Shown here: piece by piece, positions 11,191-21,879 of the stretch
Numbering within the stretch: the first letter of the stretch is position 1
How the letters are laid out: the number at the start of each line of letters is the position of its first letter
Source of the DNA: Dendrobates tinctorius
Taxonomy: Eukaryota
DNA length: 64,000 bases
Direction: 5' to 3'
Assembly: GCF_039654945.1 (NCBI RefSeq)
Contig: NW_027361939.1
Coordinates: forward strand, 10,416,001-10,480,000
The notes under the pieces: generated by a model
Seen by the model: only the letters and a program-made list of their open reading frames with translations
What the model was told of the DNA's origin: nothing
Database searches by the model: none
Translations under genes and position numbers: made by a program

Positions 11191-13067
11191 TTTTAATGAA
11201 CCCAGGCATGGTGTTAGGCGTCGGATTTCTGTCACTGCACAGCGGGAATCCCAAGCCTTACTTCCAGCGGTCTCCCATTGTCTCCAGCCACAGAGTAGAT
11301 ACATAGATAAAAGATTTGATGGGAGGAGGGCTTCTTTAAGACAGCACTTCAGGTGCACACCACCTCCTCGGTAAGCATTAACCTGGGAGTCAGGGGAGCT
11401 GTGAAATGCTACATTGAGAATAACCCATTAAATATCTATATATTCTGTAGTTTTGTCTACAGCTATTAAAGGAGTTTTTTCTCAAGGAGCACACCATGGC
11501 CCTGCCTGCCGCTTGCTGGGGGTGGTGTGCTCCTGAAGATTGACACTTTGGCCTACAGCATGGTTAAGCCGCTGACCTGAACGGTGCACTCTGCCATGCT
11601 GCAAACAGAAGACGCCTATCCCTCACACGTAACTAGGTGTTCAGAGGTGTTTATTCCTTACACGTAATTTGGGGTTATACATTTATATATAGCAGGGCAG
11701 GGAGAAACAGTGACTCATTCCCTGGTATTATGCTGTTAATACTCCTATTAACCATGTGAATAGCTGGTTTTGTTACTATTTCTAGCTCACATACAAATGT
11801 GATTTTTTTTTTTTTTTATTCTAGCATTATATTTGCACAAGTCTTTATGTACTTCTAATCTATAGGCTAATATAGTATTCCCAGAGTGGTTTTCCTTGTA
11901 CTGATTATGTGTACTTTATATAAGACTGATAGAAGATTTTACAGCATGTAAACATTTAACCTCTTTTTTATATTTTTCAGACACTTTAACTGCATGAAAT
12001 CTTTATTATTTAAGACAGATTTCTTAAAAGGTTCATTCATAAACTGTCACTTTGGCAGGTATGACGCACGAGTCTCCACGAGTTTGTGGGGAGGTAAAGT
12101 CATCATTCTGATGGAGAAGTCGGCAGCAAAAATGAATGACCCTGTGCAAGACGCTCAATTTTTTATTTTTTTTTTGCCTCAAATGTGGGCATTGCTGAGC
12201 AGTAATTTTGGAAAATTAATTATTGGCGTATACCATTTTTTTTTCACTGCAAATTAATAATTTAAAACAAGCTCAGCGTTTGGAGTCTGACTCCTATCAA
12301 GATACGTCATGTCACAAACTACATGCCGCCGGGCACCTCCAGAATGCCCGGACTATTAGATATTAGTAAATGTGGGCCGGTGCATTTCAAAGAGGTTGTT
12401 AAAAAAAACCTCAAAATAAGGATAAACTGGATAGTCAGCATTTTACAAATATAAAAACATCGGAGAGAGATTTTTCATTACCAATTTTTTCTAAATTTTA
12501 AAATACCTGTGCTCTTTCACGATTGGACCTCTATGAACTAAAATCTTAACGCTATAGGGAGATGCGTACTATGAAATACTGAAGAACTTAAAAGTACCAT
12601 CTAAAATAAGGCTGTGGCTCCCTGGTACATAACATGCAGATCTGTTTTTTGTGCGCGGGAGGGTTTGATTTCACCATGCCCTATAAATATACTTTATAGT
12701 TTCCTTTTTGGAAGCATCCTGATAATCGTTAGTCGAAATTTATGTGATGGGATTTGCCTCTCTATGAAGAAAACATTGCAGATGCAGCATGAATCATTAC
12801 CAAAAGCACCCCCAAGATATAGTAATGTCAATGCAAAGACGTGAAATGCCAAAGAAATTATTTTCTTTTTATCTTGGAAAGGTTGAAAGCAATTTAAGAC
12901 ACATGACTTTGTGTGAAGGCGTTCGAGGAAACTTTGTAAGGGTATGTGCACACGTCTTTTTCAGGTACGCTTGATAACCCATCTGAAAAATCGCAAGACA
13001 AACACACAGAAATAGGAACATACACGCGCTGCAGTGTAACAATCACTTGCGGTCTGAGCTTCTTATA

Positions 13068-13800
13068 CAAGTGCTTCTCACAAAATTAGAATATCATCAA
13101 AAAGTTAATTTATTTCAGTTCTTCAATCCAAAAAAGTGAAACACATATATAGAGGCAATACACACAGAGTGATCTATTTCAAGTGATTATTTCTGTTAAT
13201 GTTGATGATGAATGGCTTACAGCCAATGAAAACCAAAAGTCATTATCTCAGTAAATTAGAATTATTAACAAAAAAACACCTGCAAAGGCTTCCTAACCAT
13301 TTATTAAGGTCCCTAAAGGCCCTTTTACATTTAGCGATGCACCAGCGATCCGACCCGGTCAGGATCGCTGGTGCATCGCTAAATGATCGTTAGTGAGCTT
13401 TCACACAGAAAGATCTCACAGCGGTGCAGCAGCGACGCAGCGCACGATACTCACCTTTCACACACAGCGATCCTGAAGTCCTCCCGCCCGCCTCCACGCG
13501 TCGCTCGTCGTCAAAGCAGGAAGCCCCAGCAGGAAGCTGACGACGAGAAATGGAGCCGGACATTCTCGCGCGATCAGCGATAACCAGCGGGGGAGCCGGT
13601 CGGAGGTAAGTATCACACATAGCGATATTGCTAGCGATATCGCTATAACGTCACAAAATCGGTGACGTTATAGCGATATCGCTATGTGTAAAACCCCCTT
13701 TAGTCTGTTTCAGTAGCTCCACTATCATGCGGAAGACTGCTGACTTGACAGATATCCAGAAGGCAGTCAGTGACACACTCCACAAGGAGGGTAAGTCGCA
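13068..13800 (+). mobile_element. Tc1-like transposon left end and transposase N-terminus (truncated), with nested MITE
   Basis: TA+CAAGTGCTTCTCACAAAATTAGAATATC terminus; MRKTADLTDIQKAVSDTLHKEGKSQ is a Tc1 paired-like start; ends abruptly against DIRS sequence. Confidence 0.75.
13317..13699. mobile_element. Harbinger-type MITE, inverted copy of 812-1181
   Basis: Reverse-complement similarity to 812-1181; TAA/TTA flanks. Confidence 0.8.
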
Positions 13801-14520
13801 AATAGATCTATCTGAGATCTGCCCCAGCGGTGACACAGATACTGGAACACTTCTTTGTTTTATTCTCAATTTGTTGCGCAGATCTCCCGTCTGCTTATGT
13901 AGTCTGCCACGCTTTGGGACCCCTCGAGATGTACTGCTGTTGTTGACAGGACTGTCTTCTCTGCCCAGGAGAAAATCACACTTGCCAGATCCTGAAGCAT
14001 TCGATGTCTTGGACCTCCTTGGTGGCGTAGGAAGGATACCGCCATCATGTTGTCCGATAGGATCTTTACATGCTGGCCTTCTAGGCAAGGCTGGTTCCGT
14101 CTTAAGGCCTCCCATGCTGCATAGTGCTCTCTGAAATTTGAAAACCTGGACTGTGTGTCTGCCAGCCATTCTCCCTGGAGGATTGTCCCTTCGAGGTGTG
14201 CTCCACATCCCCACTTGCTGGCATCCATGGTAATTACTATGTCCGGGGAGGAGATTCAAGGAACGCCCACCTTCAGGTTCCTCAGACTTTTTTCCTATGG
14301 GGGAAAAAGATATTCTCTTATCGAGGGAGGACCGACGTCGATCCCAGACTGACAGGATTTCCCTCTGCAAGGTTCTTGAATGAAATTGTGCCCAGCGGAC
14401 ACATGGGATACAGGACATCATCAGGCCCAAGACCTGCATTGTGGACCTGATGGACATTCGTCCCTTCATGAGTTCCTTTACTCTGTTCCACACCGATTCC
14501 TGTTTTCTTAGGAGTAGAAA
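13800..14520 (-). mobile_element. DIRS-B (outer DIRS1-like retrotransposon): RT thumb and RNase H part, degenerate
   Basis: VLGLMMSCIPCVRWAQFHSRTLQ; DASKWGCGAHL; ILSDNMMAVSFLRHQGG (DIRS RNase H motifs). Confidence 0.8.
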
Positions 14521-14958
14521 AACAGGATTTTGGTTTCTTACCGTAAAATCTGTTTCTCAGAGTCTTCTTTGGGGGACACAGAAACAGTGGGCGTATGCTG
14601 CTGTCACTAGGAGGTTGACATTATGCATGAAAAAAATGTTAACTCCGCCTCCGCAGTATACACCCCTCCGACAGGCTGTAGGACAATGAGTTAGTGAAAA
14701 AGCAGTAGGAGGAGACATTATCATGTAAGCCAATCATATAATTATTACAGATAACAAAATCATGGGAAGGTGCTGTGTCCCCCCAATGAAGACTCTGAGA
14801 AACAGATTTTAAGGTAAGCAACCAAAATCCTGTTTTCTCTTTCGTCTCATTGGGGGACACAGAAACCGTGGGACATCCAAAAGTAGTCCCTGGGGTGGGA
14901 AAAGACAGAAACTTCCTTCAGGTTGGAGAACTCACCACTGCCGCCTGCAAGATTCTTC

Positions 14959-15800
14959 TCATGAGGCGCCCACCGCCTGGGTTGAATGGGCCTTGATCCC
15001 AACAGGGGACACCCTGTCCTTCACCCGGTAGGCTTCTAGAATTGCTATTCTGATCCAGCGGGCAATTGTTGCCTTAGAGGCCGGTAGGCCTCTTCTCACC
15101 CCATTGGGGGTAACCAAGAGCGAGTCCGCCTTCCTGAAGGGAGAGGTCCTGGCCAGATAGACCCTTATCGCCCTGACCAGGTCTAGCTTATTCAAAGATC
15201 GCTCCAGAGGATGGGTTGGAGCGGGACAAAATGACGGAAGGATTATATCCTCATTCAGGTGGAAGGCCGATACTACCTTCAGAAGAAAGTTAGGAGGAGG
15301 TCGCAAAACAACCTTGTCCTGGTGCATAATTAGGAATGGAGGGCGACAGGACAATGCCGCTAATTCTGAAACCTGCCTAATAGAGGTGATGGCTACGAGA
15401 AATACCACCTTCCAGGACAACAGAGACACGGGAGCTTCCTGGAGGGGTTCGAAGGGTGAACCTGTCAAGGCTTCCAAGACCAAGTTAAGATCCCCTGGAC
15501 TCACAGGGGATCTGTAAGGAGGGGCCGCATGTGCCACTCCTTGCAGAAAGTTCCAAACCTGTAAGCGGGAGGCCAAATTTCTTTGAAAAAGAATAGAGAG
15601 AGCAGATACCTGGCCTTTCAAGGAACTTAGGGCCAGACCGCCATCTAAACCTGCCTAGAGAAAAGCTAGGACAGATGGCAGGCATAGGTGTGATGTGATT
15701 AGACTCACACCAGCCAAAATAGGCCTTCCAGGCACGATAATAGACCCTGGAAGAGGATGGCTTCCTAGCCTGGATCATTGTATTAATGACTCCGAAATGG
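14959..15800 (-). pseudogene. DIRS-A tyrosine recombinase (frameshifted, truncated)
   Basis: ARKPSSSRVYYRAWKAY; FLVAITSIRQVSELAAL; ARWIRIAILEAY; KAHSTQAVGAS then stop. Confidence 0.85.
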
Positions 15801-15842
15801 TCCGAAAATTCCGGGATTAATAGTCCGAAAATCCCGCTGCTC

Positions 15843-17700
15843 TCAGTATTGTGGTTTCAACGGCCATGCCGTCCAATTGAGCAACCGAGAATTCGGGTGG
15901 TAAAACTGCTCCTGAGCCAGAAGATCTGGTCTGTCGGGGAGTCTCCAGGGGGTGACTGCGAGAAGATTGATAATTTCTGCGAACCAGGCCCTCCTGGGCC
16001 AGTACGGGGTGATCAATATGACCGGCACCCCTTCCGCCTTGATCTTCTTTAGCAGTCTGGGCAGGAGAGGAAGGGGAGGGAACAGGTAAGGGAGTCTGAA
16101 CTGTGTCCAGGGAATGACCAGTGCGTCGACCCCTATTGCTAGAGGATTGTGGTATCTTGGGACAAACTGTTGGACCCTTCTGTTCTGTCGCGATGCCAGG
16201 AGGTCCACGTCTGGAGTCCCCCATAGCTGGCATATCCGACGAAACACGTCCTGGTGTAAAGACCCTTCTCCTGTCGTGAGCCCCTCCCAACTGAGGATGT
16301 CGGTGGCCGTGTTGTCTGTGCCGGGAATGAAAACTGCCAAAATTGCCAGAATTGCGGTTTCTGCCCAGTTGAAGATTCTGGATACCTCGGCCAGTGCCCG
16401 GGAACTTCTGGTTCCCCCTTGGTGATTGATGTATGCCACCGCCGTGGCATTGTCAGTTTGAATCCGTACTGACTGGTTGTTGAGGTATCTTTCCCAATGT
16501 AGAAGTGCTAGGAAGACCGTCCTCAGTTTTAGAATGTTGATTGATAGTGAGGATTCTTGCCTCGACCATCATCCCTGGACTGTCAGGTGACGGAATACCG
16601 CACCCCAGCCCAGGGGACTGGCATCAGTAGTTACTACCTGCCAGTGGACAGGGGAAAAAGCCCGTCCAAGATGAACGAGGGGGAGGCCAGCCACCACTTG
16701 GGGGACTCCCTGGTCTGAATGAAAGGGAGGAAGGAGCGATCCATCGAAGAGATGGACCTGTCCCAATAAAGGAGGATGTTCTTCTGTAGTATCCTAGAAC
16801 GGAACAGGGCAAAGGGTATTACCTCTGAAGCTGTTACCATCCTTCCCAGGACTCTCATGGCAGTGCGAAAGGATAGACGCCGGCATTTCAACAGAGAGCG
16901 AATTCCCTGCTGGAGGGTAATCCACTTTCTTTCTGGGAGAAAGACCCTCGAGCGGCGGGTGTTGATTACCATTCCTAAGAATTCTAGGCATTGTGTTGGC
17001 GTTAGGTGATATTTCTCCCTGTTTATGATCCAACCAAACCGGGACAGCGTGTTTAAAACTACCGCTAGATTTTCCTGGGCCTGAGCGAAGGAGGGCGCTT
17101 TGACGAGAATATCGTCGAGATATGGCACCAATATTACGCCTCTGACTCTTAATATAGCTACCATCGCTGCCACAATCTTTGTGAAAATTCTGGGGGCTGT
17201 TGCCATTCCAAATTGCAGGGCCACAAACTGGAAATGCTGCTTTTAGACAGTAAAACGCAGAAAACTTTGATGTCCCTAAAGAATGGGGACGTGTAGGTAG
17301 GCGTCCTGGATGTCTATGGAACATAGGAATTCCTGATCCTCTATAGATGTAATTACCGACCGAATCGATTCCATCCTGAAATGGTGTAAGGGTACCCATC
17401 TGTTTAGCCTTTTGAGGTCTAGTATGGGACGAACTGAGCCATCCTTTTTTGGTATCACAAACAGGTTTGAATAAAAGCCGGCAAAACGTTCCTGCTCGGG
17501 AACGGGGACGATTACTCCTGCTTTGAGGAGAGAGTCGATTGTCGCAGAAAAAACTAGAGCCCTAGCAGCGTCTTTTGGTTGCGATAGAAAGAAACGATCT
17601 CGCGGAAGGACGTTGAAGTCTATCTTGCATCCTGTCGATACTACCTCCTTTACCCAGATATCTTCTACTGAACTCTGCCAGACATCTCTGAAGAGGAGAA
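15843..17700 (-). pseudogene. DIRS-A RT / RNase H / DAM-like methylase ORF (frameshifted)
   Basis: PKKDGSVRPILDLKRLN; IDIQDAYLHVPI; LQFGMATAPRIFTK; PYLDDILV; TTDASPLGWGA; AYINHQGGTRS; DLLASRQN; YLFPPLPLL; TPYWPRRAWF. Confidence 0.9.
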
Positions 17701-17713
17701 GGCAGCCTCCTAG

Positions 17714-19331
17714 TCAGGGAGAGGTACTGGAAAGGGAGCTGGACTCCCTGCTGGCGTCAGGCTGAAGTGGCTCTACCCGGCCCTGACCTGGTAGTTCTGC
17801 TGTTGGAACTGCGGAAATGCCATGAAGGGGTGGCCTGAAAGGATACCTTCCTCCTATCTCTCGTGCTTGCAACCTCTGTGGGCCCTCAGCATAAGTGCTT
17901 GTCGCTGGGGTACGGCAAAAGGGCTGAAAGGGCTGAGCCCTATGTTTGAAAACATATCGATGAGGCTTGGCCTGGGGGAGAAGGAAGCGTGTACCCCCCG
18001 TTGCATCCTTAATTATTTGATCTAGCATTGACCCAAAGAGCCGCGTGCCCTGAAGTGGCAGATTGGTCAGTGATTTCTTTGAGGACAAATCAGCCTGCCA
18101 AGCCCCTAGCCAGACCATCCGCCGGACGGCTACCACGTTACTGGATGCTTGAGATGCGCAAGACGCGGCATCCAGGGCTGCTGATACCATATACCTCCCG
18201 GCATGGGAGAGTTGATCTGCAAATTCTGCCAGTTCCGCTGGTGGTTCCCCGGCCAATATGCCCTGCCTAAGCTGTTTGGCCCATTCTGTAACAGACTTAG
18301 CTACCCAAGCTGAGGCGAAGGCTGGACACAATGTGGTGGCTGCTGCCTCAAAGGCGGATTTTGACAGGGATTCTATCCTCCTATTATTGGGATCTTTTAG
18401 GGCTGCTCCACTGGCGAGTGGGAGGACAGTATTGGTAGCGAGTCTGGACACTGGTGGATCCACCGAAAGGGGAGGCGGTCCAGTTGGCGGTGAGATCTGG
18501 AGGGAAGGGATATAGGGGATATAGAATCCCAAAACGACTTTCTCTCTGAAATCGCCTGGTTGGGTTTTCCCTTTCCCTGGCCAACACTTCCTCAAAATCC
18601 TTGTGGGAGGCGAAAACCCAAGAGGGGGACTTATGAAGCTTAAATGAAAAAAACCTGATCATTAGGTTTTGATGTGGCGTCCCCAATGTTAAAAGGTCTC
18701 ATTGACTGCGGCAATGAGGCCCTGAACTATATCCTTGACCTGGGACTGTTCTAGACCGTACTCAGAACCCTCCTCTTAGTGTATCTCCGATAATGCCTCG
18801 CCTGATTCCGGGGATGAGGACCGGGAGGAGACAGACGGCCAGAGGAATTCTGGCGGTGAGATGGAGTGAGAAGGGGACCTGGGTTGATGGTCCTGTGTAA
18901 ACCTTTTACGGCCTCTAGAAGGCCCAAAAGGAGGCTCCTTTGGTGCTCCTATGTCCACTGGAGTCTGAAGTGGCAATCTGTTAAGCGCCGTTACCAAGGT
19001 CTGTGATACCCTGGTAAGGTCGGCCACGGACTTGGATAAGGAAGAGGCCCATCCTGGACACTCGCTGTCTCCCGTGGCGATGGATGTCCCCTGGGCGGCA
19101 GGCAAGGTGCTTCCCCCTGCTCCAGGGGTAATGTGGGAGCTCTGACAGGCAAAACCGGGGGCTGCACCTGCTCTCTATCGTAGGTGACACCGTAGGTCTG
19201 CTGCAATCTGAGCAGAGTGGCGAGGACTGACCTGAAGCAGGCCTGACATTGCATATGGTACATACAAAATATTTGACCAAGGTCACTGAAGCAGATGAGG
19301 AGGAGGAGAGGGACTGCTCTCCCTTGGGCAT
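17714..19331 (-). pseudogene. DIRS-A gag-like ORF1 (fragmented)
   Basis: CTICN..CSDC Cys pairs; VDPPVSRLATNTVLP; LKDPNNRRIESLSK; RRMVWLGAWQADLSSKKSLTNLPLQGTRLFG (DIRS ORF1-like). Confidence 0.75.
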
Positions 19332-19527
19332 ACTGACAGGTTTTACCTGGTGCCGACCGTCGGGGGGTAGAAAGCTGAGTGAGGGAGCAACCTGCAGTGC
19401 AGTACTCACATACCCACGACCTGTGTGCCCACCACAGCTGCCGCCCGAAGCAGGGGCGGACACAGACTGCAGAGGGCCCCTGTGCTAGAAATCTTCCTGG
19501 GCCCCCCCAATACTGCAACAAATTTAA

Positions 19528-20311
19528 ATTGAACCTGTCACCCCCCGCAGGCATTTTTAAGTAAAAGAGCCACCTTGTGCAGCACTAATGTTGCGTATTG
19601 TCAAGGTGGCTCTTTGATTTAGGGTACCTTGCACCGCAGAAATAATCGTTTTTAAAATTGGTCAGACATACCTGATATTTGACAGGGGGGCAGGTCTTTC
19701 CCCATCTGACAGACGCCTCACATCCATCACTCATATATTCCTGCATTGTGTCTCCGCCTCCAAATCGTTACTTTCAAATCATAGCGCCTGCGCTGTACTA
19801 TGTCTTCTTGGTTACCGTTGCCCGTCCTCTGTCATGACGTCGGCGGCCAGAGATCCGGCCCCGCAGTCGCTTATGGTTTATTCACACTGCGGTGCTGGGA
19901 ATCTCAGGCGCAGATAACTACTGCACATACCCAAGATTCCTGCCCTGCAGTGTGAATAAACCATAAGCGACTGTGGGGCCGGATCTCTGGCCGCCGACGT
20001 CATGACAGAGGACGGGCGACGGTAACCAAGAAGACATAGTACAGCGCAGGTGCCATGATTTTAAAATAAAGATTTGGAGGCGGAGACATAATGCAGGAAT
20101 ACATAAGTGATGGATGTGAGGCGTCTCCGTCAGATGGGGAAAGACCTGCCCCTCTGTCAAATATCAGGTATGTCTGACCAATTTTAAAAACGATTATTTC
20201 TGCGGTGCAAGGTACCCTAAATAAAAGAGCCACCTTGACAATATGCAGCATTAGTGCTGCACAAGGTGGCTCTTTTACTTAAAAACGCCTGCGGGAGGTG
20301 ACAGGTTCCCT
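19528..20311. mobile_element. T2/Kolobok-type fold-back MITE, 784-bp near-palindrome
   Basis: TTAA at 19524-27 and 20312-15; GAACCTGTCACC...GGTGACAGGTTCCCT; arms complementary up to the centre at ~19920. Confidence 0.9.
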
Positions 20312-21188
20312 TTAAGTAAACATATAGGTTGTATGAGCACGGGACTATGGGATGGAGGATAATCATTATAATATGTTATAACTAACCACCGCTAGTTACT
20401 ATGCCCGGGCAATGCCAGGCTCTTCAGGTAATATATTTATAAACAGCATAGAATGAATTGAATTACAATGCAAAGAAGCAGTGTTATCACTCATCAGTCT
20501 GCAAATGTTGGCTGTAATCCTGCTGTATGGAGGCAGAATGGGGTTTTAGGCCTGTAGTATAATGATCCCTGGCTTTAACTTATCAGCTTTCGCATATATA
20601 TAGGGTAAGAGTCTTCACCATAGCGTACAGCATCAAGAACACAATCTGTCAAAGGACACTGTCCGCAGTGTTCGAGGAGGACACGATGATGGATCTGAAG
20701 CATTCCCTGAAGTGCCTCCATGGTTCCATCACAATCTCCTCCCGAAATTACCTAATTTCCGGTCAGCTTCCAGCATGTCACTTCCGGTGGAACGTCACGT
20801 GCGAATTTTAAAGTGCTCCTCGGGGCTCCGCCGTGCACTCCTGTGTCCGTGGGTAAAGTAAGCTCCCAGCCGGGGTAGTGAGGCAGACTCTCTCTCAAAA
20901 TCGGGACTGTCCCGCTGGGAGGTATGACTGCTCCCCACCATACACCTTGTACACATATGGCTCCACACACCACATACACACACGGTTCCGCTTTTTATGC
21001 CTCGTACAAACGGATCCGCTCCACTCAGTACACACATGGCTCCACTCCATAAAACTCGTACACATGTGGCTCTGCTCCGTACATCTGGTACACACGTGGC
21101 CACACTTCATAAACCTTGTACACACATGGCCCGCTCCATAAACCTTGTACACTTGTGGCTTTGCTCCATACAGCTTGTACACACGCAG

Positions 21189-21710
21189 TGTCAGGAATCG
21201 AACCTGGAACCTCTTGTCTGCTGGCCAGCAGCTCAGCCATCTGAGCTATGCGGCTGCTTGGAAGATCCCATGCGAAACCAGATACCAGTGATTCTTGTTC
21301 TTGATCAGCTCCACCCTGTGCTCGCCTAATTGGCCCATTGATTGCTAATTGCCCACCCTATATAACCTCAGCCAGTACACTTCCTCATTGTGTGATTATT
21401 GTGCTTCCAGCCTGTAGTCAAGCTCCTTCTGCTGCTGCAGCTGCTCCATCTGCTAAGTATCGCTGATCCCGTGTACCGACTTCTGGCTTTTCCTCTGACT
21501 TCGTTATCCGCCTGCTCCATCTGCTAAGTATCGCTGATCCCGTGTACCGACTTCTGGCTTTTCCTCTGACTTCGTTATCCGCCTGCTCCATCTGCTAAGT
21601 ATCGCTGATCCCGTGTACCGACTTCTGGCTTTTCCTCTGACTACGCTTCCTGCCTTGCTCCCTCTAGTGGTTGCAATAACACTGGCTCCAACCTGAACCA
21701 GATCGTGACA
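21189..21710 (+). mobile_element. Solo LTR (Gypsy-like), 522 bp
   Basis: TGTCA...TGACA termini; 5-bp TSD CGCAG at 21184-88 and 21711-15; TATATAA at ~21359; internal 71-bp tandem repeat x2.8 (21441-21642). Confidence 0.85.
21190..21257 (-). other. tRNA-derived Pol III promoter-like segment at the LTR 5' end
   Basis: Minus strand: TAGCTCAGATGG (A box), D-stem GCTC/GAGC, T-arm CAGG-TTCGATT-CCTG (B box); anticodon and acceptor stems do not pair. Confidence 0.65.
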
Positions 21711-21879
21711 CGCAGTTCCACTCCATACAACTCGCACACACGCGGCTCCGCTCCGAACATACACTACTCCGCTTCCTACACCTCGTACACACACACAGCT
21801 CCGCTCCGTACACCTCTCTGCTCCGTAGACCTCATACACGTGCGGCTCTGCTCGGTACACCTCGTACATAACATGGCTG

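Noticed and set aside
20385-20440. Helitron-like 3' hairpin (CCCGGGCAATGCCAGG..CAGGTAAT)
   Set aside because: Too degenerate (no CTAG end) and no 5' boundary found.
21190-21260. Functional tRNA gene
   Set aside because: Anticodon and acceptor stems do not pair; kept only as a tRNA-derived promoter segment.
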